Virus record (IMG/VR): IMGVR_UViG_3300031951_000103
Reading direction: 5' to 3' (one strand)
Length of the DNA stretch: 64,000 bases
Source: an uncultured virus (IMG/VR IMGVR_UViG_3300031951_000103)
Lineage: Duplodnaviria; Heunggongvirae; Uroviricota; Caudoviricetes
Below are positions 28,101-35,472 of this stretch, piece after piece (position 1 is the first letter of the stretch; each line of letters begins with the position of its first letter). The position numbers were made by a program, and so were the translations under genes. The notes beneath the pieces are model-generated. The model made no database searches. It was not told the origin of the DNA and worked only from the letters and a program-made list of their open reading frames with translations.

Positions 28101-29398
28101 AGGCCAATAGAAGAATTAGTATAATTCCTATGGAAGATATACAGAGTGATATTGCGCAACGAGTTACTAGAGGATACGAAAGTAGTCAAAGATTAGCTGA
28201 TATGGGATTACCACCGTTAGATTTTAGCAATAAATCATTAGCTCAGATAGCAAGAGAGACTTCTGAAAATATAACTCCAGAAAATTTACCTACAACAATC
28301 CGTAATTTTTCTAAAAAAACCGGAACAACAAAGCAAGCAGAAACAGCAAGCAAAGCATACGAAATGTCTTCACGAGAAGAATTCTTAAGAAGACAAGCAG
28401 AAATACAAGCTAGAAAACAAGCAATAACTCAAAGCGACAAATCATCTGGTTCATTATCAACACCATTGAATCAACCAGAATCTATAATACCAAATGTAAT
28501 CTCACAACCAACTCCTACAGCCGCAACATTATCTACTTCCGAATCAATATTAATGGCCAAAGTAGCAAGAGCCAAAGAATTATCACGAGCTGGACTGTCT
28601 GGATTATCACCATCTGAACAAGAAATTTTCCAAAAACTTATGAGGGATCCAGATGTATTACAAGCTCTAAATCCTAGAAAAGTACAAAATAGATCTTTAG
28701 GTGGATTAATCTATGCGAGCAAGGGAACGCTAGTTCCATACCAACCACGAGGCACCGACACTGTACCAGCCATGCTAACTCCTGGCGAATTTGTGGTCAA
28801 TAAAGCAGCAACTCAAAGAAACTTGCCATTATTAAAAGCTATTAATAATAATAGTCAATATATGAGTAGGGGTGGAAAAGTAAGTTATTTTGCTGATGGA
28901 GGACAAGCATCTGGAAGCATGGGCGCTGGCGGTGTATCTTCATTTAGCTTAGATTCATCAGCATTTTCTGATGCTGTTGGAACATTTGGAACATCAGTTT
29001 CTGAACTTAAAACTGTGCTTGGTAATTTTGGAGACGGAGCAGGAACTTTAGCAAAAAGCGCTACTGATTTAGCATCTGCTTTTGGTGGCATAAGCACATC
29101 AGCAGGAGCATTATCAGCAGCAGCATCAATACTACAAGGAGCAACACAAGGTTTAGCATCACCAATAGCAGCGTTTACATCATCTATAGACAGAATATCC
29201 TCTACATTAAATAATATGAAAGATATTAATGTAAATATTACTGGTTCTATTCCTCCTATAAGTATTGTGGTTGAAGTTAATGGTGGGGATGGATTAAAGG
29301 ATGAATTAAAGCCATTTGCTGATGAAATTTACAATAAGATTGGTCAACGCTTGGCACAAGCTACAAACGGCCTATTTAAAATAGAAACAACTAGTTAA
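19196..29398 (+). CDS. tail tape measure protein (3,400 aa) with repeated DTVPAMLTPGEFV modules
   Basis: N-terminal TP901-family TMP core (Ala-rich, ESAETIATGLRTIFTRI); position after chaperones. Confidence 0.88.
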   Translation: MAAFNLTAELNLRGPSNINQVVGNIRRQLSTLTLDLNINPNTSRGVQAVTANIRTLSTALRDAQSNAAALSTTLSNLVTTINNAGNAAANAGNALNRLNTQTRAAQAAARDGATAMENFGAQSALAIRRFAAFSVATGAVYSFTRALSSAYSEFINFNKEFVRLQQVTNSSASGLAGLSQEITRLSTGLGVSSSELLTVSSTLAQAGLSANQTKTALEALAKSALAPSFDNLNETVEGSIALMRQFGLSAGDLESALGSINAVAAKFAVESSDIITAIQRTGGVFASASKGVSQGKDALNEFIAVFTSVRATTRESAETIATGLRTIFTRIQRGNTIQALKEYGITLTDLEGKFVGPYEAVRRLSEGLRGLDPRDLRFSEIVEELGGFRQIGKVIPLIQQFATAQQALSVAQRGAGSLAGDAAKAQESLAIRVNKVREEFIALIRDIGQTQSFQKFVDISLQLASALISVASAAKDVLPAITAIAAIRAVPAIAQFAGGFGRGITRRNEGGPIRKFATGGLVPGSGNRDTVPAMLTPGEFVIRKKAVETIGASNLARMNVGGKVQKFEDGGYVEGSALRALKQLTRDFLMPKSRKGGRRKISFVGQQAVSISKNISPELLKQIEEEGRLVYGTGLGALAKGDPGLIVDKIINVALAKTQKQKEGRLKKTQGALTFSAAGLQRGPRAPKGQMEKALVRYQQDPEYRKAMGLGASGDVLQALSAFRKSGGQTSLAGVFSEEAISKIESGIPRYIAALGNEPQKIAKAKTAQQYLRSFAGGATASKAGHATAFSETINQMLKSGIIQEFADGGFVQKFAQKQPKYNSGLVKSVQKAGSFENLINQNMVDSNGNYNFGLVSLRSGTKTGSRTETRPIEGTDKIARINVGVLSDVNNFNKQIEKDITSKLKESIFNTGKMLSGKLRGSSKISLSSTKQALGGATLSSATGSIFEAALQMVGAPYVDKIESIKSMDFPFGLGPAAPLFGAGFPQQVPTDATRTIGGSGKGISDFMEQVSRFVKATETGKFTKSLGSPIGTPSSLISSRLISQIKTPAQIEKVNEILRRFQIPNFRIGDLSDPKKLSKYESILNKSLQRNPNAIQALEVEQFATGGSVQDTVPALLTPGEFVINKTAAQRIGYSQLNRLNKADKVQGFNKGGAVGNIQNFANGGMVQSFFIGGAVQAGSQIIRQLPQLATAIAQAVRILPRNLPQGNGWLASNTGTRAMGLPQSRGGMLRNLLSDPMSLVFGSGLLGEGISGVIGGKRGEAAGSAFAGGAGVAGVVASIVGVTTPFGLLATATTGLIAGFNAYNKSIRDSNIAENNKKVEDSSERLSQTLDKLSQSGKITSTSLDSIRTEIGSIISAQQENIRSRTEEAQPGIMSNITEALYNIGTTFGLAPSSGAGRIDRGALSQNLFSESKTGAEQIAQTFSTLMQRGMTFNQISAKLDTGAKVEIPGLRDILGEERTPQISELSRSLAIAQRGTQITDLEAKLADLIESRNSLASFDPGREVFDIRIKETAQAYALAINASNAELQRQQQELNNVQKATAVVVSRLNLFAEAMKNVDAATIRASSEFEEAQRQIDVGVGSRLGGRATIAQPSRMNEAVLENLRAYSPEEISRTISQFGQNLNLNPEFTKRAQGAALSQRVLQTDLPKILNSIAAEERDANFGDTSRANTIRNQLKEALKAGGVTDTTEIDRVIEDVITNIEKLGKGEITFDTIAANSETFAKLFKTNSEALQAYSNVVKSANNIFANFVSKINEYSNAIEQSINTQLQANQIRAGGDIQLREALGQRVSLNERNQLFNNEILGMTATIGAGNRPIAGTGTTDPNEIARRLAAAEQRKRELEAQSTTGGPQKFASELSQVTIQINQYENALKKLANDTNRAANALNEISRLRQLRETRRESFLDFASNLNDPEYMTNFMQQAASLSAVMSGRGTMDDIRSAREGFQRRVSAGFVSQDQLQIESTQLTQQIVAILERAMGGPLPQGLREQIASDFGTLPEEQNAIKEYKDATEAQARATEIMGIRMQEGANYLFTKVREAGDLWVAAVRLSANQAAAQMAAPPGAPVQQAGAKAKGGLIYANEGQYIDFQPKGTDTVPAMLTPGEFVVNAKATKKNLGLLKQINSSGKASGFSKGGVVYLADGGQVEAIERDRRQYSLNIQSLKAQRDSLGYLGVDGQFVWNAQSGASKEFAEKRYNEIETEIQKAEQELANFNNKYPETPKPPAQQQAEQQRQQAQQQQQQQVPLSPKQKAQQEKERRKQAVLDEKERRKQAAMANNPGYAARVGREQAKQQKEQMEAVQRFPDLDPKDAIKEYRKEKRARVQEMNERYGRSVSIFTSSNNRQTDDVKIEESIGPILSQTEVEAIERKTYGGLTKAEYDNQRKQEEEARRARLDEIQASVASTETPEAKLEEQRRNKIIADYEAQQKIDKEKRNKSIAERQARDAEARNRGFRDAAQEAGVKAKEKAEAKIAEQRATDKEKRAADKASIEAGTNAGVSKTQRIQELLATDPAYENQRKDFALTEYIKTRIQEKYSDDLTDKKDPARDRANLERLISDATADYNAKRRQLQEQANVSKEKFANQNVQIGLQQFQEGVDKSPLVAAGTAIPKAGYGVIRAGVGYTVAGAMALKNLNPANRPEDIAFNNEIINSAMAQGEAGLQTILATGADLGYKLGLDNLDLITTPEAYGMGPAGAGLRPRMTMMEESDKQPSNIEASTEPSRGLFDKQGRGDAQARAAIANFIASGPRTSAYAGIVGDASTTPSAIIQPKRNKTPGAYQATAEMARARINQINEQEANKARGAYSTEAIKQNKTIRAFEESVIGQTLGLSPGSLGELVTAENVQRGATNIAQVAGEGAIDAFGGASSLVKSGEAAVAKGLTRAASATNRGIERVGGKLVDIAEAGIESARTNAPLLPQLPLPKIGSKITEALKARRVARETRRGQGALTREALETAEKNANLAEANRRISIIPMEDIQSDIAQRVTRGYESSQRLADMGLPPLDFSNKSLAQIARETSENITPENLPTTIRNFSKKTGTTKQAETASKAYEMSSREEFLRRQAEIQARKQAITQSDKSSGSLSTPLNQPESIIPNVISQPTPTAATLSTSESILMAKVARAKELSRAGLSGLSPSEQEIFQKLMRDPDVLQALNPRKVQNRSLGGLIYASKGTLVPYQPRGTDTVPAMLTPGEFVVNKAATQRNLPLLKAINNNSQYMSRGGKVSYFADGGQASGSMGAGGVSSFSLDSSAFSDAVGTFGTSVSELKTVLGNFGDGAGTLAKSATDLASAFGGISTSAGALSAAASILQGATQGLASPIAAFTSSIDRISSTLNNMKDINVNITGSIPPISIVVEVNGGDGLKDELKPFADEIYNKIGQRLAQATNGLFKIETTS

Positions 29399-29411
29399 AA
29401 AGGGTTTTATA

Positions 29412-32400
29412 ATGTCAATTAAATACTATGCTAATAAAGTTCAAGAAACATCAACCACAACAGGCCAGGGTAATTTATTGTTGGCCGGTTCGCCAATAGG
29501 ATTCAAGAACTTTGTTTCAACAATAGGGCCTAATAATAAGTTTACATATTATATTCATAGATTAGATTCTAATTTAGAATGGGAAATTGGTACAGGATAT
29601 ATATTAAGCAGTGGTGGCCTTAACCAATTAGTAAGAGAAAGTGTTATCTCATCTACCAATCTTGATACTTTTGTTGGATTCACAGCTGGTACAAAATATA
29701 TAGAACCAATCATAGGTCAAGATAGTGTTAATAATTCTTTTGTAAATGTAGAAAATAAAAACTCTAATTTCTCACCACCCTATGTTTCTGCAACATATCT
29801 CGTAGATGCTTCTAGTGGTAATATACAAGTATCTTTACCAGAGGTATCGGCGGAAAATGATCCTATTATTTTAGGCTTTTTATTAAAAAATACTATAGGC
29901 AATCAATATCAACAACCAAACGCTATTAGTTTATTACCAAGTGGATTAGAGACCATAAATGGAACACCATCCGCTGAAATTGATATTAATCAAGATTATC
30001 TTCAGTTGGTTTCTGTGCCATCACAAAGTGGTTGGTTTAAATTAGATCCTATTCAAGATGCTACTTATCCATATGGTAACGATGGCTCTATTCAAATTAA
30101 ATATGATAATGCTTTTAGTGGGGTTGCGAACTTAAATTGGAATCTAAATAATCATGCTTTATTAATTGGTGGCACTGGCACAATGACCAGCGCGGATATA
30201 ATTATTCCAGCATCAGGACAAACTATAGTTTTTAATGAACAATCTTTAGATAAAGATTTTAGAGTAGAAGGTAGCGGAAATCCTTACTTATTATTTTTAG
30301 ACGCTAGTTCTAACAAAATAGGTATTAACACATCAAATGCTACAGATGCTTTAACTATTAATAGCCAAACCGGCGATGGTATTACCGTATATAAAAGTGG
30401 CGTTGGTCCAAAATTAGTTTTATCCAATACGTCTGTTAGTGGATTAGCAACAAATAATATTATTGGTTATGTTGTTTTTTCTGGACTTAATAGCACCAAC
30501 TCTCCTGTAGAATATGCTAGAATTTATTCTAGTATTGAGTCTGCTACTAATAGTAATGAAAATTCATCAGTTTCAATCGAAATAGTTAATAATGGATCTA
30601 ATGAAAATGTTGCTGTATTTAGTTCTAGTGGCATTAATTTAGGATTTAATAATCAAAATATAGATGGCATTATGCTAGGTGGAGCATCTACTAATGATGG
30701 AAATAATATAGTATTAGGTTATTATAATACTATTTGTGGCGAAAACTGTATTATTCTCGGTAATAGTATTGATAGTTCTGGCAATTTTGGTGGACTATTA
30801 GGATATAACCATGCTGTGTCAGGCAATAATATATGGGTGCTTGGTGGCTCTGGTATAGTTGTTAGCGGAGATAATCGTGCCTACTTAGGTATTAACAATA
30901 ATAATCATATAGCAATCATCAACTCGGGTAGTTTAGATTATACAACATTTAGTAATCAAGATATTAATTTTAATATTCATAACCAAGCTATACTTAGTAG
31001 TGGAATTAAAGAGACTATTAATTTTAACTTTACTAATAGTACTGGTATTGCTAAAACTGGTGTGAGACTAGGATCTAATATCGTAAATGTATTAAATAAT
31101 AATGAAAGTTCCAATCTTTACGCCCAGACACTGCACAATGGATCGGTAATAGACGTTTTAAATATAGGTGGTTCTGGAGTTAATATTGGTCCTAATACTA
31201 CCTCTAATAATATTGTTTGCGGTTTGAACAATAATATTAGTCATACTGGCAATATTGTTTATGGAAAATCTATTAGTAGTAGTGGTAATAATAATATTTT
31301 AATCGGAGATAATATAGTTTGTTCTGGTAACGATATTACAATACTAGGATCAGACAATACTTGTTTATCGTCTGGTAATTTGGGTGTTGTAATCTTAGGA
31401 AATAATAATATTTCTGATGAAGATTATGCTGTAAGCATCGGTAATAATAATGCTAGTAGCGGATTATATTCGGTATCATGTGGATATAACAACGGGGCGC
31501 ATGGGGCATATTCTGTTAGTATAGGCTCTAATAATAATGTTTTAAGTAATAGTTCGGTAGCAGTTGGAAGAAATAATAGCTTAAATAATTTAGATTTATA
31601 TAGCACAATGTTCGCTGTTGGCATAGGTAATTATGCTGAAATATATGGTAGTGGTTCTATAGTTGGCTATAACAATCAATTAAGAGGCGATGGAGGTCTT
31701 ATTATAGGCAATAATTCAGCATCTTCCGGACTTAATAATTTAATTATTGGAAATGGTGTGGATAGTACAGGAAATAATAATATTGTAATAGGTCATAATA
31801 TTAGTAATACTGGATCTAATAACCTATATCTCAATAATAATAATATTAATATTAGTGGCGTAAATTCTATTAATATTAGATGCTCTGGCTCTGGTCTTAC
31901 AGTATTTCCAACTGGAATAAATTTAAATTCACCAATAGTAGGCACCAGCGGTCAATTTAATACTTTATCTGTAAATACTCTAACTATAACTAATGGTAGT
32001 GGTATTATTTTTGGCTCTGGAACATCAGGATATATAACTAAGTTTACTTCTAGTTCTACTATTGGTTCTGGCACAATTTTTGATAATGGAAATGTTGGTA
32101 TTGGAACAAATGATCCACAATATAAGTTACATGTTATTGGAGATGTAGCAGTATCCGGAGTTAGTGGTATTTATTATTATAATACTCCTTCTGTTGTAGG
32201 ACCAACATTTAGCTTATATATAGAAAATAATCAAATTGTTAAATCTTCTAGTTCAATATATACTAAAGAAAATATTAAGCTTTATAATAAAGGATTAGAA
32301 GATGTACTAAAACTACAACCAGTATCATTTAATTATATTGGAGGATCAAGACGCACAGCTGGTTTAATAGCAGAATCTGTTGATAAACAAGGATTAGATG

Positions 32401-32531
32401 AGTTTATTGTTAAAAATGAAAACAATGAACCAGCTGATATTACATATCCTCAAATGATAGTATTATTAATTAATGCAATTAAAGAATTAAAAAATGAAAT
32501 TAATATACTAAAATCTCAAATAAATAATTAG
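29412..32531 (+). CDS. tail fibre with YadA-head-like repeats and C-terminal intramolecular chaperone (peptidase S74)
   Basis: VQETSTTTGQG N-terminus; about 14-aa IG..N..SG repeats; SS...KENI...GL..V..LQPV.F.Y...GLIAE.V...LINAIKEL. Confidence 0.85.
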   Translation: MSIKYYANKVQETSTTTGQGNLLLAGSPIGFKNFVSTIGPNNKFTYYIHRLDSNLEWEIGTGYILSSGGLNQLVRESVISSTNLDTFVGFTAGTKYIEPIIGQDSVNNSFVNVENKNSNFSPPYVSATYLVDASSGNIQVSLPEVSAENDPIILGFLLKNTIGNQYQQPNAISLLPSGLETINGTPSAEIDINQDYLQLVSVPSQSGWFKLDPIQDATYPYGNDGSIQIKYDNAFSGVANLNWNLNNHALLIGGTGTMTSADIIIPASGQTIVFNEQSLDKDFRVEGSGNPYLLFLDASSNKIGINTSNATDALTINSQTGDGITVYKSGVGPKLVLSNTSVSGLATNNIIGYVVFSGLNSTNSPVEYARIYSSIESATNSNENSSVSIEIVNNGSNENVAVFSSSGINLGFNNQNIDGIMLGGASTNDGNNIVLGYYNTICGENCIILGNSIDSSGNFGGLLGYNHAVSGNNIWVLGGSGIVVSGDNRAYLGINNNNHIAIINSGSLDYTTFSNQDINFNIHNQAILSSGIKETINFNFTNSTGIAKTGVRLGSNIVNVLNNNESSNLYAQTLHNGSVIDVLNIGGSGVNIGPNTTSNNIVCGLNNNISHTGNIVYGKSISSSGNNNILIGDNIVCSGNDITILGSDNTCLSSGNLGVVILGNNNISDEDYAVSIGNNNASSGLYSVSCGYNNGAHGAYSVSIGSNNNVLSNSSVAVGRNNSLNNLDLYSTMFAVGIGNYAEIYGSGSIVGYNNQLRGDGGLIIGNNSASSGLNNLIIGNGVDSTGNNNIVIGHNISNTGSNNLYLNNNNINISGVNSINIRCSGSGLTVFPTGINLNSPIVGTSGQFNTLSVNTLTITNGSGIIFGSGTSGYITKFTSSSTIGSGTIFDNGNVGIGTNDPQYKLHVIGDVAVSGVSGIYYYNTPSVVGPTFSLYIENNQIVKSSSSIYTKENIKLYNKGLEDVLKLQPVSFNYIGGSRRTAGLIAESVDKQGLDEFIVKNENNEPADITYPQMIVLLINAIKELKNEINILKSQINN

Positions 32532-32538
32532 GATTTTT

Positions 32539-33960
32539 ATGTTAGTAGGATCTATAGATTTATCATCAGCTTCTGTAGTAGCAACAAGTAAATATGATTA
32601 CTACAAATCAGACGGAGGAGAAATTATAGGAGGAGTACAAACTATAACTATATCAGGATCTGTGGTTGTTGGTGATGACCAATCCTCAATCCCAGGATCA
32701 TTGGTCATGAATCAGTTACAAAATATTGTTAAATTAGGACAGGACCCAAAGTGTATCACTGTCAGTATCCCTGGACAATATTCTGGACAAGCAAAAATAG
32801 AAAATGTTACGACAAATCAAGGATCTGATCCTGCATGGATTAATAAAGGAGAATTTTCTATAGAATTAAAAGCTCCACTACAATCTATACCAACTAATTC
32901 TTTTAATATTACAGCACAAGATAGCGTGACACAAATTAGTAGATCTAGCAAAATTGAGTTTCCAGAAGATCATCATGGCTATTTATATGATACAAATTTT
33001 CATAAAACATATGTTATACAATCAAACGAGACAAATTTTACTTGTGAACCAATATGTCAACCAAATTTTAGCCTAAGTAATGTAATTAATAAACTTAGTA
33101 GTAATAATAATAATATACATCCGTCATTATCAAGATTTAGTTCTTATAATAAATACGGAAAAACCAAATCTGTACAAGTATCTGGAAATTCTGCCACAAT
33201 TAAAACGGAATATATATTAACCCCACATAATGGAAAGGCTTTTACAGATTTAAATTTTAGTCATAATAAATCATACGGAGATAGTCCGTCTACTAAAAAA
33301 ATTATAAGTGGAACTATTACTGGCTTAACAGATAGTAATGTTTTTGATGCTAATGGTATGACTGGAACATGTGTAGCTAGTAGGTTAGCTAATGCCGAAT
33401 CTGTTTTTTCACAGATTAGCTCTAGATTTGCGAATATTTCAAGTTGGGAAGGAATTGAACTAGAATTGCTTGAATTACCGAATCCATTTGTTAATAACAT
33501 AGCACCAGGATGTATTTCAGTTAATAATACAAATAAACAACCATGTATTAAGCCGTCATTAAGTACAGTAGCGAGATCTAGAACCGATGGTACTATTGAT
33601 TTTACTTTTGAGTGGTCAACTAGTGAAAATTGTTCTAGCTCAAATAATCGCATATCTACAGATTTCACCATAGATATAATAGAACCACAGCCACAATTTG
33701 TTGAACATGTTATTCCAGGCTATGGAACATTAATACAAAATTTAAATACTAGGAATGCTAGAAGAATTAATATTCAAATTGTTACTACATACCCACAAGA
33801 TTTATGTGGTCCACCGCCACCTATATGTGAAACCGATAATGATATGATCAACGAGATATTAAGTAAATATAATATAACTAATGCTATTTTAATTAAGGAT
33901 ACTCTTACAACATCGAAAAGAAGCATTACCAAAGACCAAACATATATTCAATGTAACTAA
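32539..33960 (+). CDS. distal tail/baseplate protein, paralogue A
   Basis: Beta-rich; shares I.GTI.GL, G.I.F..E and E..IP....IQ motifs with 33990..35459. Confidence 0.5.
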   Translation: MLVGSIDLSSASVVATSKYDYYKSDGGEIIGGVQTITISGSVVVGDDQSSIPGSLVMNQLQNIVKLGQDPKCITVSIPGQYSGQAKIENVTTNQGSDPAWINKGEFSIELKAPLQSIPTNSFNITAQDSVTQISRSSKIEFPEDHHGYLYDTNFHKTYVIQSNETNFTCEPICQPNFSLSNVINKLSSNNNNIHPSLSRFSSYNKYGKTKSVQVSGNSATIKTEYILTPHNGKAFTDLNFSHNKSYGDSPSTKKIISGTITGLTDSNVFDANGMTGTCVASRLANAESVFSQISSRFANISSWEGIELELLELPNPFVNNIAPGCISVNNTNKQPCIKPSLSTVARSRTDGTIDFTFEWSTSENCSSSNNRISTDFTIDIIEPQPQFVEHVIPGYGTLIQNLNTRNARRINIQIVTTYPQDLCGPPPPICETDNDMINEILSKYNITNAILIKDTLTTSKRSITKDQTYIQCN

Positions 33961-33989
33961 TAGCAAGATTTTTATAAGGAATAGTATTT

Positions 33990-35459
33990 ATGCGTACAAC
34001 GTCTGCTGTTAAATTAGGCTCAAGATACCTTATTCCTGCTCCTTACGTAAATAGTAATTATGAATATACAAAATTTGGATCATATATTATTGGAGGAGTT
34101 TTAAATGTTGTCTTAGATGGCACTATTGCTAGTGAAGAGATAGCAAAAGAAATACAAGACATAGCTAGTTTATCAGCTAATACTGATTGTATTGAGCTTA
34201 TTATAGGTTGTGATGGATCTCCAGACTTTTTGCAAGGTGCTGGAAGAATAACAAATGTATCAGTAAATGCATCTGATAGTTCTCCATTCACAGCCACATA
34301 TTCTATAACAGTATCATTAGAGGTAGTAAACGGACAACCTGCTGTTAAGCCAGACACAGACTTTTTACAATTATTCGGATTACCATCTAATGCATCATTT
34401 ATTAAAAACTATAACGAACAAATTACTGTTGAAGGAGATGCTACTGTTATTGGTTATTATGATAGTGTACTTGGTATATCAAAGTCATTTATTAAAGCAT
34501 CAGGCAGCATATCAATAACTTGTTCTACAAAAGCAATATGTGGCATTCCATCATTTAATGGTCTAGATCAAGCAATAAATTTATTAAAGACAAGATATCA
34601 GTCTTTATCTTCTTTTAATTTTAATCAGTCAGGACATCCTTTATCAAGATATGCTGGTTGGGCAAGATGGTTGGATAGTAAATCTATTAGTATTGATGAG
34701 GGAGGCACAGTATCATGTTCTTTTGATATTTATCTGACTCAAGGCAAATGTCTGCCTATAGCTCGTATTGATATTAGAACAGAAGATAAACTTGATCATA
34801 CATTAGGTTTGACCACAGATATATTAAATAGAAGCATTAATGGAACTATTAATGGACTATCCACAACCACAAGTGATCTTCTGCAGGACAAAACAACGAC
34901 CAATGAAAGAGTAGGTAATGCTAGAGCGGCATATGATGTAATAATAAAATTAGTTGAAAGTGGTGCTTGGCCAGGAAATACAGTGAAACTGTCAGGTGAA
35001 GAAGGCTTATGCGTTCCTCAAGAATGTCCTCCCGGCCAACAAACATTATATTATCAAAGATTATCTAGTAATGTTAATATTTCTAAGGTGGCCGGCGAGA
35101 TATCCTTTTCTGCTGAATTTGGTCCGACTAGCGGTTGTCGTTTAAATAATTTTGATATTGATACTACAATTGAAGAAGAATTTCCTGTAACAAGATTCAG
35201 AGAATTCATTATTCCTAATTCTCCCAATCCAGTTATTCAATATATAGGAGATACTCCTCATAAAGCTACAGTAACATCACAAGGATCAATTAAAGATTGT
35301 GATAAAACAAAAAAACCACAATTAATTTCTTGCGTCAGAGCTGCTTTCAACCAAGCGGTTAGTCCGTATAATGGATGGCTTAAAACATCAGAGCAAATAA
35401 CACAATCTAAATTTAGTTATAAAATTATGGCAACCTTTATTAAGGTTGTATGTAATTAG
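33990..35459 (+). CDS. distal tail/baseplate protein, paralogue B
   Basis: Same shared motifs as paralogue A; AAGGA RBS. Confidence 0.5.
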   Translation: MRTTSAVKLGSRYLIPAPYVNSNYEYTKFGSYIIGGVLNVVLDGTIASEEIAKEIQDIASLSANTDCIELIIGCDGSPDFLQGAGRITNVSVNASDSSPFTATYSITVSLEVVNGQPAVKPDTDFLQLFGLPSNASFIKNYNEQITVEGDATVIGYYDSVLGISKSFIKASGSISITCSTKAICGIPSFNGLDQAINLLKTRYQSLSSFNFNQSGHPLSRYAGWARWLDSKSISIDEGGTVSCSFDIYLTQGKCLPIARIDIRTEDKLDHTLGLTTDILNRSINGTINGLSTTTSDLLQDKTTTNERVGNARAAYDVIIKLVESGAWPGNTVKLSGEEGLCVPQECPPGQQTLYYQRLSSNVNISKVAGEISFSAEFGPTSGCRLNNFDIDTTIEEEFPVTRFREFIIPNSPNPVIQYIGDTPHKATVTSQGSIKDCDKTKKPQLISCVRAAFNQAVSPYNGWLKTSEQITQSKFSYKIMATFIKVVCN

Positions 35460-35472
35460 GAGAATATAAAAT

